From Bacilli bacterium (GTDB lineage Bacteria > Bacillota_I > Bacilli_A > RF39 > UBA660), in NCBI GenBank assembly GCA_017513865.1, contig JAFWMN010000006.1, positions 107,064 through 171,063 on the forward strand: a stretch of 64,000 nt of DNA, given 5' to 3'. A model generated the notes under the pieces. It searched no databases and was not told the DNA's origin. It saw only the letters and a program-made list of their open reading frames with translations. Below are positions 18,070 through 27,603 of this stretch, piece by piece (the first letter of the stretch is position 1; each line of letters starts with the position of its first letter). The translations under genes were made by a program, and so were the position numbers.

Positions 18070-19520
18070 TGAAAAAAGTCATAGTTATATTTGTTGTTTT
18101 TATAAGTGTTTTTACTTGTGGCTTTGGGTACAGTAAAAATACAACACCAAACACGTTTTATCAAATTTATTTAAATGAAGACCTTCTTGGAGTAGTAAAA
18201 TCTAAAAAGGCTTTGGAAGATTATATTGATAAAAATGGTGAATATTATAAAAGAAAATTTGGCGTTTCAAAAATATATTCACCTAAAGGGTTAATTGTAA
18301 AAAAAATAAATACTTATAATAATAAAGTTGATTCTGTTTCATCAATATATAAAAAAATAAGTAAAAAGGCAGATTTTACTATTTTAGGATATGAATTTAA
18401 AATAAAGAAACATGCTGATAAAGATAAAATAGAAGTACAAAGTGTATATGTGTTAAAAAAGAAAACTTTTAGTGATGCGGTTAATGCTTTAATTACAACT
18501 TTTATTGGTGATGATAGATATACAGCTTATGTCGATGATACTCAAGTTAATATAGAATCTACTGGGGAGAACATCCAAAGTGTTTATATTAATGAAGATA
18601 TTACAGTTAGAAAAACAAATATACCAGTTACTGAAGTTATTTATACAGATTATAACGATCTTGCTCATTTTTTACTTTATGGTAAAAATAACAAGGAAAT
18701 GATATATGAAGTAAGAGCTGGCGATACGGTTGAGAGCGTTGCTTTTAATAACAAAATCAGCCCAGAAGAAGTGTTAATTTCTAATGTGGATTTAAATAGT
18801 AAAAACAATTTACTTTATCCAGGACAAAAATTAAAAATATCAGAAACAAATCCGCAAATTGGAATTGTTGAAGAATCTTATGTTGTTAAAGATATTGATA
18901 GCCAATTTACAACAGAAGAGCGTTATGACAATAATCTCGTGGTAGGGCAGGACAGAGTTATACAAGAAGGGGTTAAAGGCCTTGACCGAGTTTCGCAAAA
19001 GGTTAAAAAAATAAATGGAACGATAGTTTATGTTGACCCTAGAGGGAAAGTGGTTCTTAAGGATCCTGTAAGTAGAATAATTGTTAAAGGTAATAAAATT
19101 GTACCTGATGTTGGTAGTACTTCAAGTTGGGGTTGGCCAACAGATAGTGGATATACGATAAGTAGTGGATTTGTATGGCGTACTAATCCGGTTACTCATA
19201 GACGTGAATTACATGGTGGTCTTGATATAAGTGGTACTGGTTATGGTTCTAGAATATATGCTTCTAATAATGGACGTGTAGAGAAAGCAGAATATCATTA
19301 TAGTTTTGGTAATCATGTAATTATTAATCATAATAACGGATATCTTACAGTATATGCGCATATGTCGAGAATTGCTGTTAAAAAAGGTGATGTTGTATCA
19401 AGAGGACAAGTTATTGGATATGTTGGAATGACCGGAGTTGCTACGGGGCCACATCTTCATTATGAAATATGGCGAGGATGTAATTATTGCCGAATAAATC
19501 CAATGACAATGTATCGATGA
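18069..19520 (+). CDS. Secreted or lipid-anchored LysM / G5 / M23-family peptidoglycan endopeptidase.
   Basis: The signal peptide ends in VFTCGFG, a possible lipobox. The LysM segment is 'YEVRAGDTVESVA…LYPGQKL'. The M23 core is 'HGGLDISG…GNHVIINH…YAHM…GYVGMTGVATGPHLHYE'. Confidence 0.82.
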   Translation: MKKVIVIFVVFISVFTCGFGYSKNTTPNTFYQIYLNEDLLGVVKSKKALEDYIDKNGEYYKRKFGVSKIYSPKGLIVKKINTYNNKVDSVSSIYKKISKKADFTILGYEFKIKKHADKDKIEVQSVYVLKKKTFSDAVNALITTFIGDDRYTAYVDDTQVNIESTGENIQSVYINEDITVRKTNIPVTEVIYTDYNDLAHFLLYGKNNKEMIYEVRAGDTVESVAFNNKISPEEVLISNVDLNSKNNLLYPGQKLKISETNPQIGIVEESYVVKDIDSQFTTEERYDNNLVVGQDRVIQEGVKGLDRVSQKVKKINGTIVYVDPRGKVVLKDPVSRIIVKGNKIVPDVGSTSSWGWPTDSGYTISSGFVWRTNPVTHRRELHGGLDISGTGYGSRIYASNNGRVEKAEYHYSFGNHVIINHNNGYLTVYAHMSRIAVKKGDVVSRGQVIGYVGMTGVATGPHLHYEIWRGCNYCRINPMTMYR

Positions 19521-20275
19521 GAGTTTCGGTATTAGCTAGTGGTAGTAAAGGCAATTCAACATATATTGAGACTGAAAAGCTTAAATTTTTGGTTGATATA
19601 GGACCTAGTTGCGCATATATCGAAAGATCATTAAAAAGTATAGGTGTTAATCCTAACGATATTAAAATAATATTCTTAACTCATGCTCATGTTGATCATG
19701 TAGCTGGTCTTAGAGTATTTTTGAAAAAGTATAATCCGGTAGTTTATTTATCATCTAAAATGCACGAAGAATTGGGTTTGAAAATTGATAAATATATTTA
19801 TATAAATAAGGAAACATCTATAGAAGATTTAAATATTATTACTATAAAAACATCGCATGATACTTCTGATTCTCATGGTTTTGTGTTTACTTGCAATAAA
19901 AAATCAATTGTTTATATTACTGATACAGGATACATAAATATGCGTAATTTTGATAAATTAAGGGGAAAAAGTTTATATATATTTGAAAGTAACCATGATA
20001 TAAGAATGCTTAGAGAAGGGAAATATCCATATCATCTTCAGCAAAGAATATTAAGTGATAAAGGTCATTTGTCAAATAAAGATAGTTCATATTATTTATC
20101 AGAATTTATCGATAAGAATACTAAAAGGATTGTTTTGATTCATCTGAGTGAAGAAAATAATACTCCAGAAATTGCTTTGGAGACTTTGAAACAAACTTTA
20201 AAAAGCAAGAAAAAGAAGCGCCCAGAAATTATAATTGCTAAACAGAAGGAATGTACGGAGTTGATGGAAGTATGA
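19517..20275 (+). CDS. Metallo-beta-lactamase-fold hydrolase (YycJ/WalJ-like).
   Basis: 'LTHAHVDHVAGL' is present. The dnaC…yycJ…rlmH neighbourhood is conserved in Firmicutes. It shows ATGA start/stop coupling with the upstream gene. Confidence 0.8.
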   Translation: MRVSVLASGSKGNSTYIETEKLKFLVDIGPSCAYIERSLKSIGVNPNDIKIIFLTHAHVDHVAGLRVFLKKYNPVVYLSSKMHEELGLKIDKYIYINKETSIEDLNIITIKTSHDTSDSHGFVFTCNKKSIVYITDTGYINMRNFDKLRGKSLYIFESNHDIRMLREGKYPYHLQQRILSDKGHLSNKDSSYYLSEFIDKNTKRIVLIHLSEENNTPEIALETLKQTLKSKKKKRPEIIIAKQKECTELMEV

Positions 20276-20721
20276 TAAAAATAATTTGTGTAGGAAAATT
20301 AAAAGAAAAATATTTTTCATTAGCTATAAATGAATATTTGAAAAGGCTTTATAAATATGTAAAAATTGAAATGCTAGAGATTCCTGACGAATCTAATGTA
20401 GAAAAAGCTGTAAAAGCGGAAGGAGAGAAGATTCTTTCAAAAATTAAAGATGATGAATATGTTATTGCATTGGATATTTCTGGAAAGAGTCTTTCTTCTT
20501 TAGAATTTGCTGCAAAAATAGATAAGATATTTAATACTAATTCTAAGCTTACTTTTGTAATCGGTGGTTCGTATGGTCTTTCAGGAGAAGTAAAGGAACG
20601 AAGCAACTATTTACTTTCATTTTCTAAAATGACTTTTCCACATCAAATGTTTAGAGTAATTCTTTTAGAACAGATTTACCGGGCATATAAAATCAACAAC
20701 AATGAAAGTTATCATAAATGA
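20272..20721 (+). CDS. rlmH: 23S rRNA (pseudouridine1915-N3)-methyltransferase, SPOUT family.
   Basis: It has MIKIICVGKLKEKYF, an LDISGK segment and a VIGGSYGLS glycine-rich SAM-binding knot. Confidence 0.88.
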   Translation: MIKIICVGKLKEKYFSLAINEYLKRLYKYVKIEMLEIPDESNVEKAVKAEGEKILSKIKDDEYVIALDISGKSLSSLEFAAKIDKIFNTNSKLTFVIGGSYGLSGEVKERSNYLLSFSKMTFPHQMFRVILLEQIYRAYKINNNESYHK

Positions 20722-20765
20722 TGCCTGTAATTATAATATAATTTAAGAGAGGAGTCTGTGATGTT

Positions 20766-21137
20766 GTGAATAAAGACTTTATAAAAATTGATGTTAAAGA
20801 TTTGGTTGATTGGCATGGAGGATATGGTGAGGGATGTATTGTTTCTGATAGAATAACAAAAGAAGGTTACAAAGTTGGATATATGTATAGAGAAAAACCC
20901 GATGAGGGAAGACCAGATAGTGGTTGGCGATTTTTGGCTGGCAACGAAGACGATGAATATATGAATGATCCTAATAATGCTCATATTTTTGCAGTAAACA
21001 CAATATGTAATTATGATCCGGATATTATTCCTTATATTTTTTCTAATATTGGTAGTGTATATATTAGAATTAATGATAAGGAATTTATGATAGATAAAAA
21101 AGACCGAGAAATATTTATTGCAAGACAGAAAAGGTAA
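20766..21137 (+). CDS. DUF2185-like small cytoplasmic protein.
   Basis: The pattern 'GCIVSDRI…GYMYRE.P…DSGWRF' is recalled as DUF2185 and was not verified. Confidence 0.35.
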   Translation: MNKDFIKIDVKDLVDWHGGYGEGCIVSDRITKEGYKVGYMYREKPDEGRPDSGWRFLAGNEDDEYMNDPNNAHIFAVNTICNYDPDIIPYIFSNIGSVYIRINDKEFMIDKKDREIFIARQKR

Positions 21138-21164
21138 TCATTAAAAGATTTGAGAGGTGATTAA

Positions 21165-21530
21165 ATGAAAAAAAAGGGCATGTTACTTTTTGTTATATTA
21201 TTTACTTTAGTATTTGCGATACTGGTTTCACTAAAATTTTTTGATAGAAATAAATTAGTTCAACTAAATAGTGAATTTAGTTTAGAAAAAAATCAATTAG
21301 TTAAAGTTGCTAATAGAGATTATACTAATATTAAACTGATTTCAATAACTGATACTTGTGATGACAGCATTTGTTCTTTTAACGAGAAGTTAGAGTACAA
21401 GCTTATAGTAAATGGTAAAGAATATAAGATAACTAATATACCAACAAGTATAGATGTTTATGAAAATGCAGTGTTGGAAATACTAGATGGTGATGAGGAC
21501 AGATTGGTTTTGAAAGTTGTTGAAAAATAA
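21165..21530 (+). CDS. Hypothetical membrane-anchored protein (N-terminal TM helix).
   Basis: A GAGAGGTGA RBS is present, along with the hydrophobic stretch MLLFVILFTLVFAILV. No recognisable domain was found. Confidence 0.4.
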   Translation: MKKKGMLLFVILFTLVFAILVSLKFFDRNKLVQLNSEFSLEKNQLVKVANRDYTNIKLISITDTCDDSICSFNEKLEYKLIVNGKEYKITNIPTSIDVYENAVLEILDGDEDRLVLKVVEK

Positions 21531-21600
21531 AAAACTTATGTTTTTTATTTTTTTGTATATTTTTTTATAAATTTATTCATTATTAATTAGAGGTGAATTT

Positions 21601-22122
21601 ATGAAAAAATGTGTAATATTATTAATAATTATTAGTTTGTTTTATATATCTATATCTAGCTTTTTTTCTAAGAAACTTGCGGTACCTAGCGATGCTTTAA
21701 GGATAAGAATAATTCCTAATAGTAATTCTAACTATGATCAATTAGTTAAAGGAAAAGTTAAAGATAAGTTAGAAGTTACTCTCTATGATTTACTTAGAAA
21801 TGCTTCTAGTAGTGCAGAAGCCCGAAAAATTATAATTAATAATCTTGATTTGGTTGATAAAGATGTTTCCAAAATATTGTCTGGTGAAAATTATGGTTAT
21901 AAGATTAAATATGGTTATAATTATTTTCCAATGAAAAGATATAAAGGAATAAAATATGAAGAAGGTTATTATGAGTCTTTACTTGTTACCTTAGGAAAGG
22001 GTGAAGGGGATAATTGGTGGTGTGTTTTGTTTCCGCCTCTTTGTTTAATTGAGGCTGAAGAAAATACAGAAATTGAATATAAATCTATGGTGAAAGAGTT
22101 GTTAGAAAAATATTTGTCTTAA
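21601..22122 (+). CDS. spoIIR: Stage II sporulation protein R.
   Basis: It has a signal/TM anchor, 'ALRIRIIPNSNS', and the SpoIIR hallmark 'GEGDNWWCVLFPPLC'. Confidence 0.8.
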   Translation: MKKCVILLIIISLFYISISSFFSKKLAVPSDALRIRIIPNSNSNYDQLVKGKVKDKLEVTLYDLLRNASSSAEARKIIINNLDLVDKDVSKILSGENYGYKIKYGYNYFPMKRYKGIKYEEGYYESLLVTLGKGEGDNWWCVLFPPLCLIEAEENTEIEYKSMVKELLEKYLS

Positions 22123-22161
22123 ATATAAGTGCTTCCCATATTATTTTATAGGAGGCTTTTT

Positions 22162-22689
22162 ATGGACTTTGTTTTAGTAGTTTTGATGGCGGTTGGTTTA
22201 AGTATGGATGCTTTTTCATTATCACTTGCTTATGGAACTTTGAGTATTAATAAAAAAGATAAGTTTTTACTTTCATTAATAACTGGAACATTTCATTTTT
22301 TTATGCCGTTATTGGGTATGGCCACTGGCAATATAATTTTTAATTTTATTAAAATTAATTCAGATATTTTAGTTTTTATTATTTTGTTATTTATTGGTTT
22401 AGAAATGATTATTTCTTCTTTTAAAGAAAAAGAAATAAAATTAATGAAATTTTCAGAATTTTTTCTTTTTGCTTTGGCAGTTAGTATAGATAGTTTTTCT
22501 GTTGGCATTACCTTGACAAAAAGTATTGCCGGGGTCTTTTTTTCACCGGTTATATTTTCTTTTGTTAGCTTTCTATTTACCTATATTGGTTTATTTATAG
22601 GTAATAAAATTGCGAGATTACTTGGCAAAATAGCCCCAATCATAGGAGGTATTATTTTGATTGGGGTAGGAATAACCTATATCTTTTAA
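22162..22689 (+). CDS. mntP: MntP/YtaF-family manganese efflux pump (DUF204).
   Basis: 'GLSMDAFSLSLAYG' is duplicated in the second half as 'AVSIDSFSVGITL'. An AGGAGG RBS precedes ATG 22162. Confidence 0.7.
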   Translation: MDFVLVVLMAVGLSMDAFSLSLAYGTLSINKKDKFLLSLITGTFHFFMPLLGMATGNIIFNFIKINSDILVFIILLFIGLEMIISSFKEKEIKLMKFSEFFLFALAVSIDSFSVGITLTKSIAGVFFSPVIFSFVSFLFTYIGLFIGNKIARLLGKIAPIIGGIILIGVGITYIF

Positions 22690-22776
22690 TGTAAACCTTT
22701 TAATAAAAAATGAACTTATTTATAATTAAGTGATATAATATTATTAGGTGATTTATCTATATATGGAGGTGATTAT

Positions 22777-24027
22777 ATGGATAAAATAAAAGTTATAGGG
22801 GAGCAAACTTTGTCTGGCAAAATTTATATTAGTGGTGCTAAAAATAGTGCGGTAGCTTTGATACCTGCGGCTATACTTTCTGACAAAGCGGTTATTGATA
22901 GAGTTCCAAATATTTCTGATGTTAAAAGTTTAAGAGAAATTATGGAGTATTTGGGTGTTGAAACAAGAGTTAGTGATGGAAAAATGTTTGTTGATGCTAC
23001 AAATATAGAAAATAGAGATATTACTAAAGAATATTCTACAAAACTTCGCGCCTCATATTATTTTATGGGAGCTTTGTTAGCAAAATTTAAAAAAGTTGTT
23101 ATAAGCTTACCAGGTGGTTGTTCAATTGGCAAAAGATCTTTTGATTTTCATTTAAATGGGTTTGAAAAATTAGGAGCAAAAGTCACGGTTAACGAAGATA
23201 TTTATACAATTGAAGCTGATAAACTGGTTGGGGCGGATATTCATTTGCCTTTTCCAAGTGTGGGAGCGACAGTTAATATTATGTTGGCAGCAATATTTGC
23301 TGAAGGGGTTACTACAATTGATAATGCCGCTTTCGAACCAGAAATTGGTAATGTTATTGATTTTTTGAACAGTGCTGGTGCTAATATTGTAGGAAAAGAC
23401 ACTTCAAAGCTTACAATTACTGGTGTTAAAGAACTAAGTGGTGGAAATATTAGGGTGATTCCAGATAGAATAGAAGCTGGAACTTATATTTTAGCTGGGG
23501 TTATGAATGGCAAAAATTTAGAAATATGTGATATTTGCCCAGAGCATTTAACAAGTTTTTTTGAAAAATTAAAAGAGATGGGTGCTGACTTTGAAATAAA
23601 AGGAGACACAGTCATTACTAATAAAGTAGCCCATTTAAAACCAGTAAATATTGAAACAGCTGCTTATCCAGGTTTTGCAACTGATTTGCAGCAACCAATA
23701 ACAACTCTCTTACTTATGGCTGATGGTGTTAGTACCTTAAAAGAAACAATATATGAAAACAGATTTCAAAATACAAAATATTTAAATGAAATGGGCGCAC
23801 ACATTGAAATTACTGGAGATACTATAACAGTTTATGGTCCAACAAAATTAAATGGCAAAGTTGTTAAGACTAGTGATTTAAGAGCTGGGGCTGCGCTTAT
23901 TCTAGCCGCTTTATCAGCTCACGGGGAAACGACGATTACTGATATAAAACATCTTTTAAGAGGATATAGTAACTTAATTCAAAAATTAACTAATGTTGGA
24001 GCTAAAATATGGCTTGAGGAAGAATAG
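22777..24027 (+). CDS. murA: UDP-N-acetylglucosamine 1-carboxyvinyltransferase.
   Basis: 'KIYISGAKNSAVALIPAAIL', 'LPGGCSIGKRSFDFH' and 'DLRAGAALILAAL' are present. Confidence 0.95.
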   Translation: MDKIKVIGEQTLSGKIYISGAKNSAVALIPAAILSDKAVIDRVPNISDVKSLREIMEYLGVETRVSDGKMFVDATNIENRDITKEYSTKLRASYYFMGALLAKFKKVVISLPGGCSIGKRSFDFHLNGFEKLGAKVTVNEDIYTIEADKLVGADIHLPFPSVGATVNIMLAAIFAEGVTTIDNAAFEPEIGNVIDFLNSAGANIVGKDTSKLTITGVKELSGGNIRVIPDRIEAGTYILAGVMNGKNLEICDICPEHLTSFFEKLKEMGADFEIKGDTVITNKVAHLKPVNIETAAYPGFATDLQQPITTLLLMADGVSTLKETIYENRFQNTKYLNEMGAHIEITGDTITVYGPTKLNGKVVKTSDLRAGAALILAALSAHGETTITDIKHLLRGYSNLIQKLTNVGAKIWLEEE

Positions 24028-24085
24028 AAAAAAATATTTTGAGTAAAATTAAGTAGATATAATCTACTTTTTTTTGAGGTGTGAA

Positions 24086-24730
24086 ATGAAAAAATATTTG
24101 TTTTTGGGTTTTATTACAGTTATAACTTTTATTATATATTTAGTTAATGTCGACAATAAAGTGTATTATTTAGCTTTAGGTAATGTTAAATATAATAAAA
24201 ATTCTAATAGGAGTTATTTTCTTTATGTAAAAGATTATTTAAAAAAAGAAGATATTTTAGAAAAATTCGTTAATATTTATTCTAAGGAAGATGTTAGAAT
24301 AGCTGATATAATAAATAGTATTGAGAATAATAAGAAAACAAAGAATATAACTTTAAAAAACGCCTTAATAAAAGCAGATTTAATAACTTTAAATATAAGT
24401 GTTCAAGATATATATGATAGAATAAATAGAGAAGGTATAGATTATAACTATATATATGATTATATTGATGATTTACTAAAAGATATTGATAAATTATTTA
24501 GTTTGCTTAGACAATATTCTAAAGAAAAAATAATTTTTATAGGAAATTGTAGTAATATAAATAATGATGATGTAAAAGATGTTTTTGATTATTTAAATAG
24601 GTCTTATAAGAAAATGTGTGAAAAGTATGATATTATGTTTATAGATTTTGATGAAGTTAATTTTATAAGTGATGAAGTGATTGCTAATAAGATTATTCAT
24701 TTGATCAATAAAAATATGTCTAAGTCTTGA
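24086..24730 (+). CDS. Hypothetical N-terminally membrane-anchored protein.
   Basis: A GAGGTG RBS is followed by ATG (MKKYLFLGFITVITFIIYL). It is Lys/Asn/Asp-rich with no recognisable domain. Confidence 0.4.
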   Translation: MKKYLFLGFITVITFIIYLVNVDNKVYYLALGNVKYNKNSNRSYFLYVKDYLKKEDILEKFVNIYSKEDVRIADIINSIENNKKTKNITLKNALIKADLITLNISVQDIYDRINREGIDYNYIYDYIDDLLKDIDKLFSLLRQYSKEKIIFIGNCSNINNDDVKDVFDYLNRSYKKMCEKYDIMFIDFDEVNFISDEVIANKIIHLINKNMSKS

Positions 24731-24814
24731 TTTTTAAAAAAATGTTTGCTACAATATATTCGCTTATGAATTTCTATGGCTTGATTTTTAAGTCATGGCG
24801 GAAGGAGAGATAAT

Positions 24815-25027
24815 ATGAAAAAAGGTATTCATCCAGAATATATGGAAACAAAAGTTACTTGTGCTTGTGGAAATACTTTTACAGTAAAATCTAACAAGCC
24901 AGAATTAGAAGTGGAAGTTTGTGATAAATGTCACCCATTCTTTACTGGAAAACAAGGAGCAGTAAAAAAAGCTGGTAGAGTTGAAAAATTCAACAAAAAA
25001 TATGGTTTTGATAAAGAGGCTAAATAG
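24815..25027 (+). CDS. rpmE: 50S ribosomal protein L31 (zinc-ribbon type).
   Basis: MKKGIHPEY…CACGNTF…[10 protein letters not shown] is present, preceded by a GGAAGGAGAG RBS. Confidence 0.93.
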   Translation: MKKGIHPEYMETKVTCACGNTFTVKSNKPELEVEVCDKCHPFFTGKQGAVKKAGRVEKFNKKYGFDKEAK

Positions 25028-25054
25028 GCTTCTTTTTAGTAATGAGGGATATAT

Positions 25055-25390
25055 ATGTTGTGGGATGCTTTATATGAAATTAGCGATTATTTGAAGCAGA
25101 AAAAGTTTGCTATAGATAAGAAAAAATCTTTAAATAAAAAAGGATTAATTTTAGATAATTATTATCTTATTAGTGTTGTTAGAGGCGAAAATACAGAATT
25201 TTTTCTTGTTGAAGGAGAAGTTTTTGTTTCTGGTAATTCTGTTATGTTTTTTAAGGATGACAATCTTGAGCATTATATATTGGTTAATGATGGAACGCTG
25301 CATATTGAACATATAAATAAGAGTAGAGCAAAAGTTTTATCAAAAGATGAAAGCATTAAAAAATTTTTAAATAATAAAAAAGATTCCTAA
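25055..25390 (+). CDS. Hypothetical protein.
   Basis: The ORF has an AATGAGGGA RBS and no recognisable motifs. Confidence 0.35.
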   Translation: MLWDALYEISDYLKQKKFAIDKKKSLNKKGLILDNYYLISVVRGENTEFFLVEGEVFVSGNSVMFFKDDNLEHYILVNDGTLHIEHINKSRAKVLSKDESIKKFLNNKKDS

Positions 25391-25401
25391 AATGGAATCT
25401 T

Positions 25402-26367
25402 TTATTTTTCGATTAAGAAGTCAATTAGTTTTGTCGGTTTTTCATTTTCATAAATTATTCTTTCTATTAAGTTTATCATTGGCATTTCAACATCTTTGTC
25501 TTTAACTAAATCATTTATAGATTTTAACGTATATAAGCCTTCTATTGTCGTGTTTTTTATATATTCATCAACAACTTCTTTTGGATTTCCGCTACCTATT
25601 AAATAGCCAAGGGAATAGTTTCGGCTTTTTTCTGATGTTGCTGTTAATAGTAAGTCACCAAAGCCGGCATATGTTAAAACTGTATCTCCATCACTACCTA
25701 AACCTTTGATGAGTGATTTTATGTCATGGAGAGATTCAGTTATAAACATCGCTTTAGTTGAATCAGAAACTTTCATTCCAGCAATTATACCAGCAGCAAT
25801 AGCTATGACATTTTTTATGGCGCCACATATTTCAACCCCAACTATGTCATTTGTTTTTCTTAATTTAAATCTTTTATTTGCTAAAGCTTTTATAACTAAA
25901 TCAATTGTTTCTTTATCTTGTGAAGCTAAGGCTAAGCCAACTGGGAAATTATTAGCTATATCAATCGCAAAAGAAGGGCCTGATATAACAGCTAATTTTT
26001 CAGTGTCTAAATTTTCTTTTAAAATGTCATAAACAAAACGGCAGCTACCTTGCTCTATTCCTTTGGTGGCAATACATATAGGTGTATTATTGTAGTATTT
26101 TTTTAATTTTTGGGCCACCTCATTTAAATAAGCAGTAGGAATAGCAATAATTATGAGATCGGCTTTTTTTACTTCTTCCATATTAGTTGTAAACTTTAGT
26201 TCTTTCGGAAGTTTAATTCCTGGAAGTCTTGGGCTTTCCCTTTTTTCTGAAAGGTCCTTGGCATCTTTTTCAAAGTGAGCCCATAAAGTTACAGAATGAT
26301 TATTTTCATTTAAAACTGTTGCGAGTGCACAACCATAGGCTCCTGCGCCCAATATCATTACTTTCAT
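25402..26367 (-). CDS. gpsA: NAD(P)H-dependent glycerol-3-phosphate dehydrogenase.
   Basis: 'MKVMILGAGAYGCALA' Rossmann motif, 'GPSFAIDI' and 'GVEICGAIKNVIAIAAGI' are present. Confidence 0.93.
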   Translation of the reverse strand: MKVMILGAGAYGCALATVLNENNHSVTLWAHFEKDAKDLSEKRESPRLPGIKLPKELKFTTNMEEVKKADLIIIAIPTAYLNEVAQKLKKYYNNTPICIATKGIEQGSCRFVYDILKENLDTEKLAVISGPSFAIDIANNFPVGLALASQDKETIDLVIKALANKRFKLRKTNDIVGVEICGAIKNVIAIAAGIIAGMKVSDSTKAMFITESLHDIKSLIKGLGSDGDTVLTYAGFGDLLLTATSEKSRNYSLGYLIGSGNPKEVVDEYIKNTTIEGLYTLKSINDLVKDKDVEMPMINLIERIIYENEKPTKLIDFLIEK

Positions 26368-26456
26368 TTAATCACCATCTTAATTATATCACAAATTTTA
26401 TTATGGTTGCTTAAGTTAATTTCAAATGTTATAATTTTTATAGTAGAGGTGTATAT

Positions 26457-27059
26457 ATGGCATCATTAATTGTACATATGGCGGTAGCAAAAGAAGTTAA
26501 TAAACAGATATTAAAAGATGAAAAAAAATATTTATTAGGGGCATTAGCTCCGGATCTTGCTAAAGAATTTGGTGTTTCTCGTAAGAAAGGACATTTTGTT
26601 ACTGACAAGTTTGCGCCTAATATCGATTTGTTTTTAGAAAAATATGGTAAAAATTTAGATGACGATTTTGTATTTGGTTATTATGTTCATTTGCTTACAG
26701 ATTATTATTGGGAGAAAAAATTTATACCTAAAATCTTTAACGGAAAAATGGCCCGTTTTCGCAATGGTAAAAAAATGTATTGTACTTATAAAAGGTTTAT
26801 GAAGTACATGTATGAGGATTATAATAATTTGGATTTGCTAATTATAAAAAAATATGATTTAGATTTTAAAAAGCTTAAAGGATTAAAAATCAAACCAATA
26901 ATTAATGAGATTCCAACTAATGATATTTGTAATTTAGATTTTAATCGTTTTAAATATTCGGAGTATGATAAAGAGAAGTGCTTTTTCGTGACTAGTGAGA
27001 TGATTGATACATTTATTGATGATGTATATCATTATATTTTAGAAATTTTGAAAAGTTAG
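26457..27059 (+). CDS. Uncharacterised protein, possibly a zinc-dependent phospholipase-C-like / metal-dependent hydrolase fold.
   Basis: 'HMAVAKEV…LLGALAPD…GHF…YYVHLLTDYYW' shows His/Asp spacing reminiscent of Zn-PLC-like proteins. This rests on recall only. Confidence 0.3.
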   Translation: MASLIVHMAVAKEVNKQILKDEKKYLLGALAPDLAKEFGVSRKKGHFVTDKFAPNIDLFLEKYGKNLDDDFVFGYYVHLLTDYYWEKKFIPKIFNGKMARFRNGKKMYCTYKRFMKYMYEDYNNLDLLIIKKYDLDFKKLKGLKIKPIINEIPTNDICNLDFNRFKYSEYDKEKCFFVTSEMIDTFIDDVYHYILEILKS

Positions 27060-27111
27060 ATTTGCTAACTTTTTAATTTGTAAAAATAAATAAAAAAAGT
27101 CAAAAAAACCC

Positions 27112-27140
27112 TTGATTTTCATATAATTATTGTGTATAAT
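27112..27140 (+). promoter_or_regulatory. Strong sigma-A promoter of the S10 operon (TTGATT, 17-nt spacer, TGtgTATAAT), followed by a ~130-nt GC-richer leader.
   Basis: Read directly from the sequence. The leader at 27141-27274 is noticeably GC-richer than the flanks and contains inverted repeats. Confidence 0.6.
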
Positions 27141-27274
27141 CGTGTATGTGTGACGTGCTTAGATGTGTGAGGTTGTCGATACGCCAGGTTAAGTTGCAAA
27201 TCATTTTAACTTGTCTGTCGGGTTTTTACACGGAGCAAGTCTATACTTCGATATAGGCGAAAGGAGGATACAAT

Positions 27275-27586
27275 ATGTCAAGTGCTAAAGTTCGAATCAA
27301 ATTAAAATCTTTTGAACATAAAAATCTTGATGCTGCTTGTGCTAAAATTGTTGATACAGTTAAAAGAACTGGCGGAGAAGTTAGTGGGCCTGTGCCACTA
27401 CCAACTGAAGTCGAAAAAATAACAATTTTAAGAGCTGTTCATAAGTATAAAGATTCACGTGAACAATTTGAAAAAAGAACACATAAAAGACTTATTGATG
27501 TCAATAATCCAAGTAAGGAGACTATCGATGCTTTATCGCATCTAGATATTCCAAGTGGCGTTGATATTCAAATTAAACAAAATTAA
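27275..27586 (+). CDS. rpsJ: 30S ribosomal protein S10.
   Basis: '[15 protein letters not shown]…VSGPVPLPT…[26 protein letters not shown]' is present. Confidence 0.96.
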   Translation: MSSAKVRIKLKSFEHKNLDAACAKIVDTVKRTGGEVSGPVPLPTEVEKITILRAVHKYKDSREQFEKRTHKRLIDVNNPSKETIDALSHLDIPSGVDIQIKQN

Positions 27587-27603
27587 AATAGGAGGAAAAA
27601 ATT

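Noticed and set aside
26229-26414. A 61-aa plus-strand ORF overlapping the 5' end of gpsA, which is on the minus strand.
   Set aside because: It is antisense to the gpsA N-terminal coding region and runs into its promoter region. It has no RBS.
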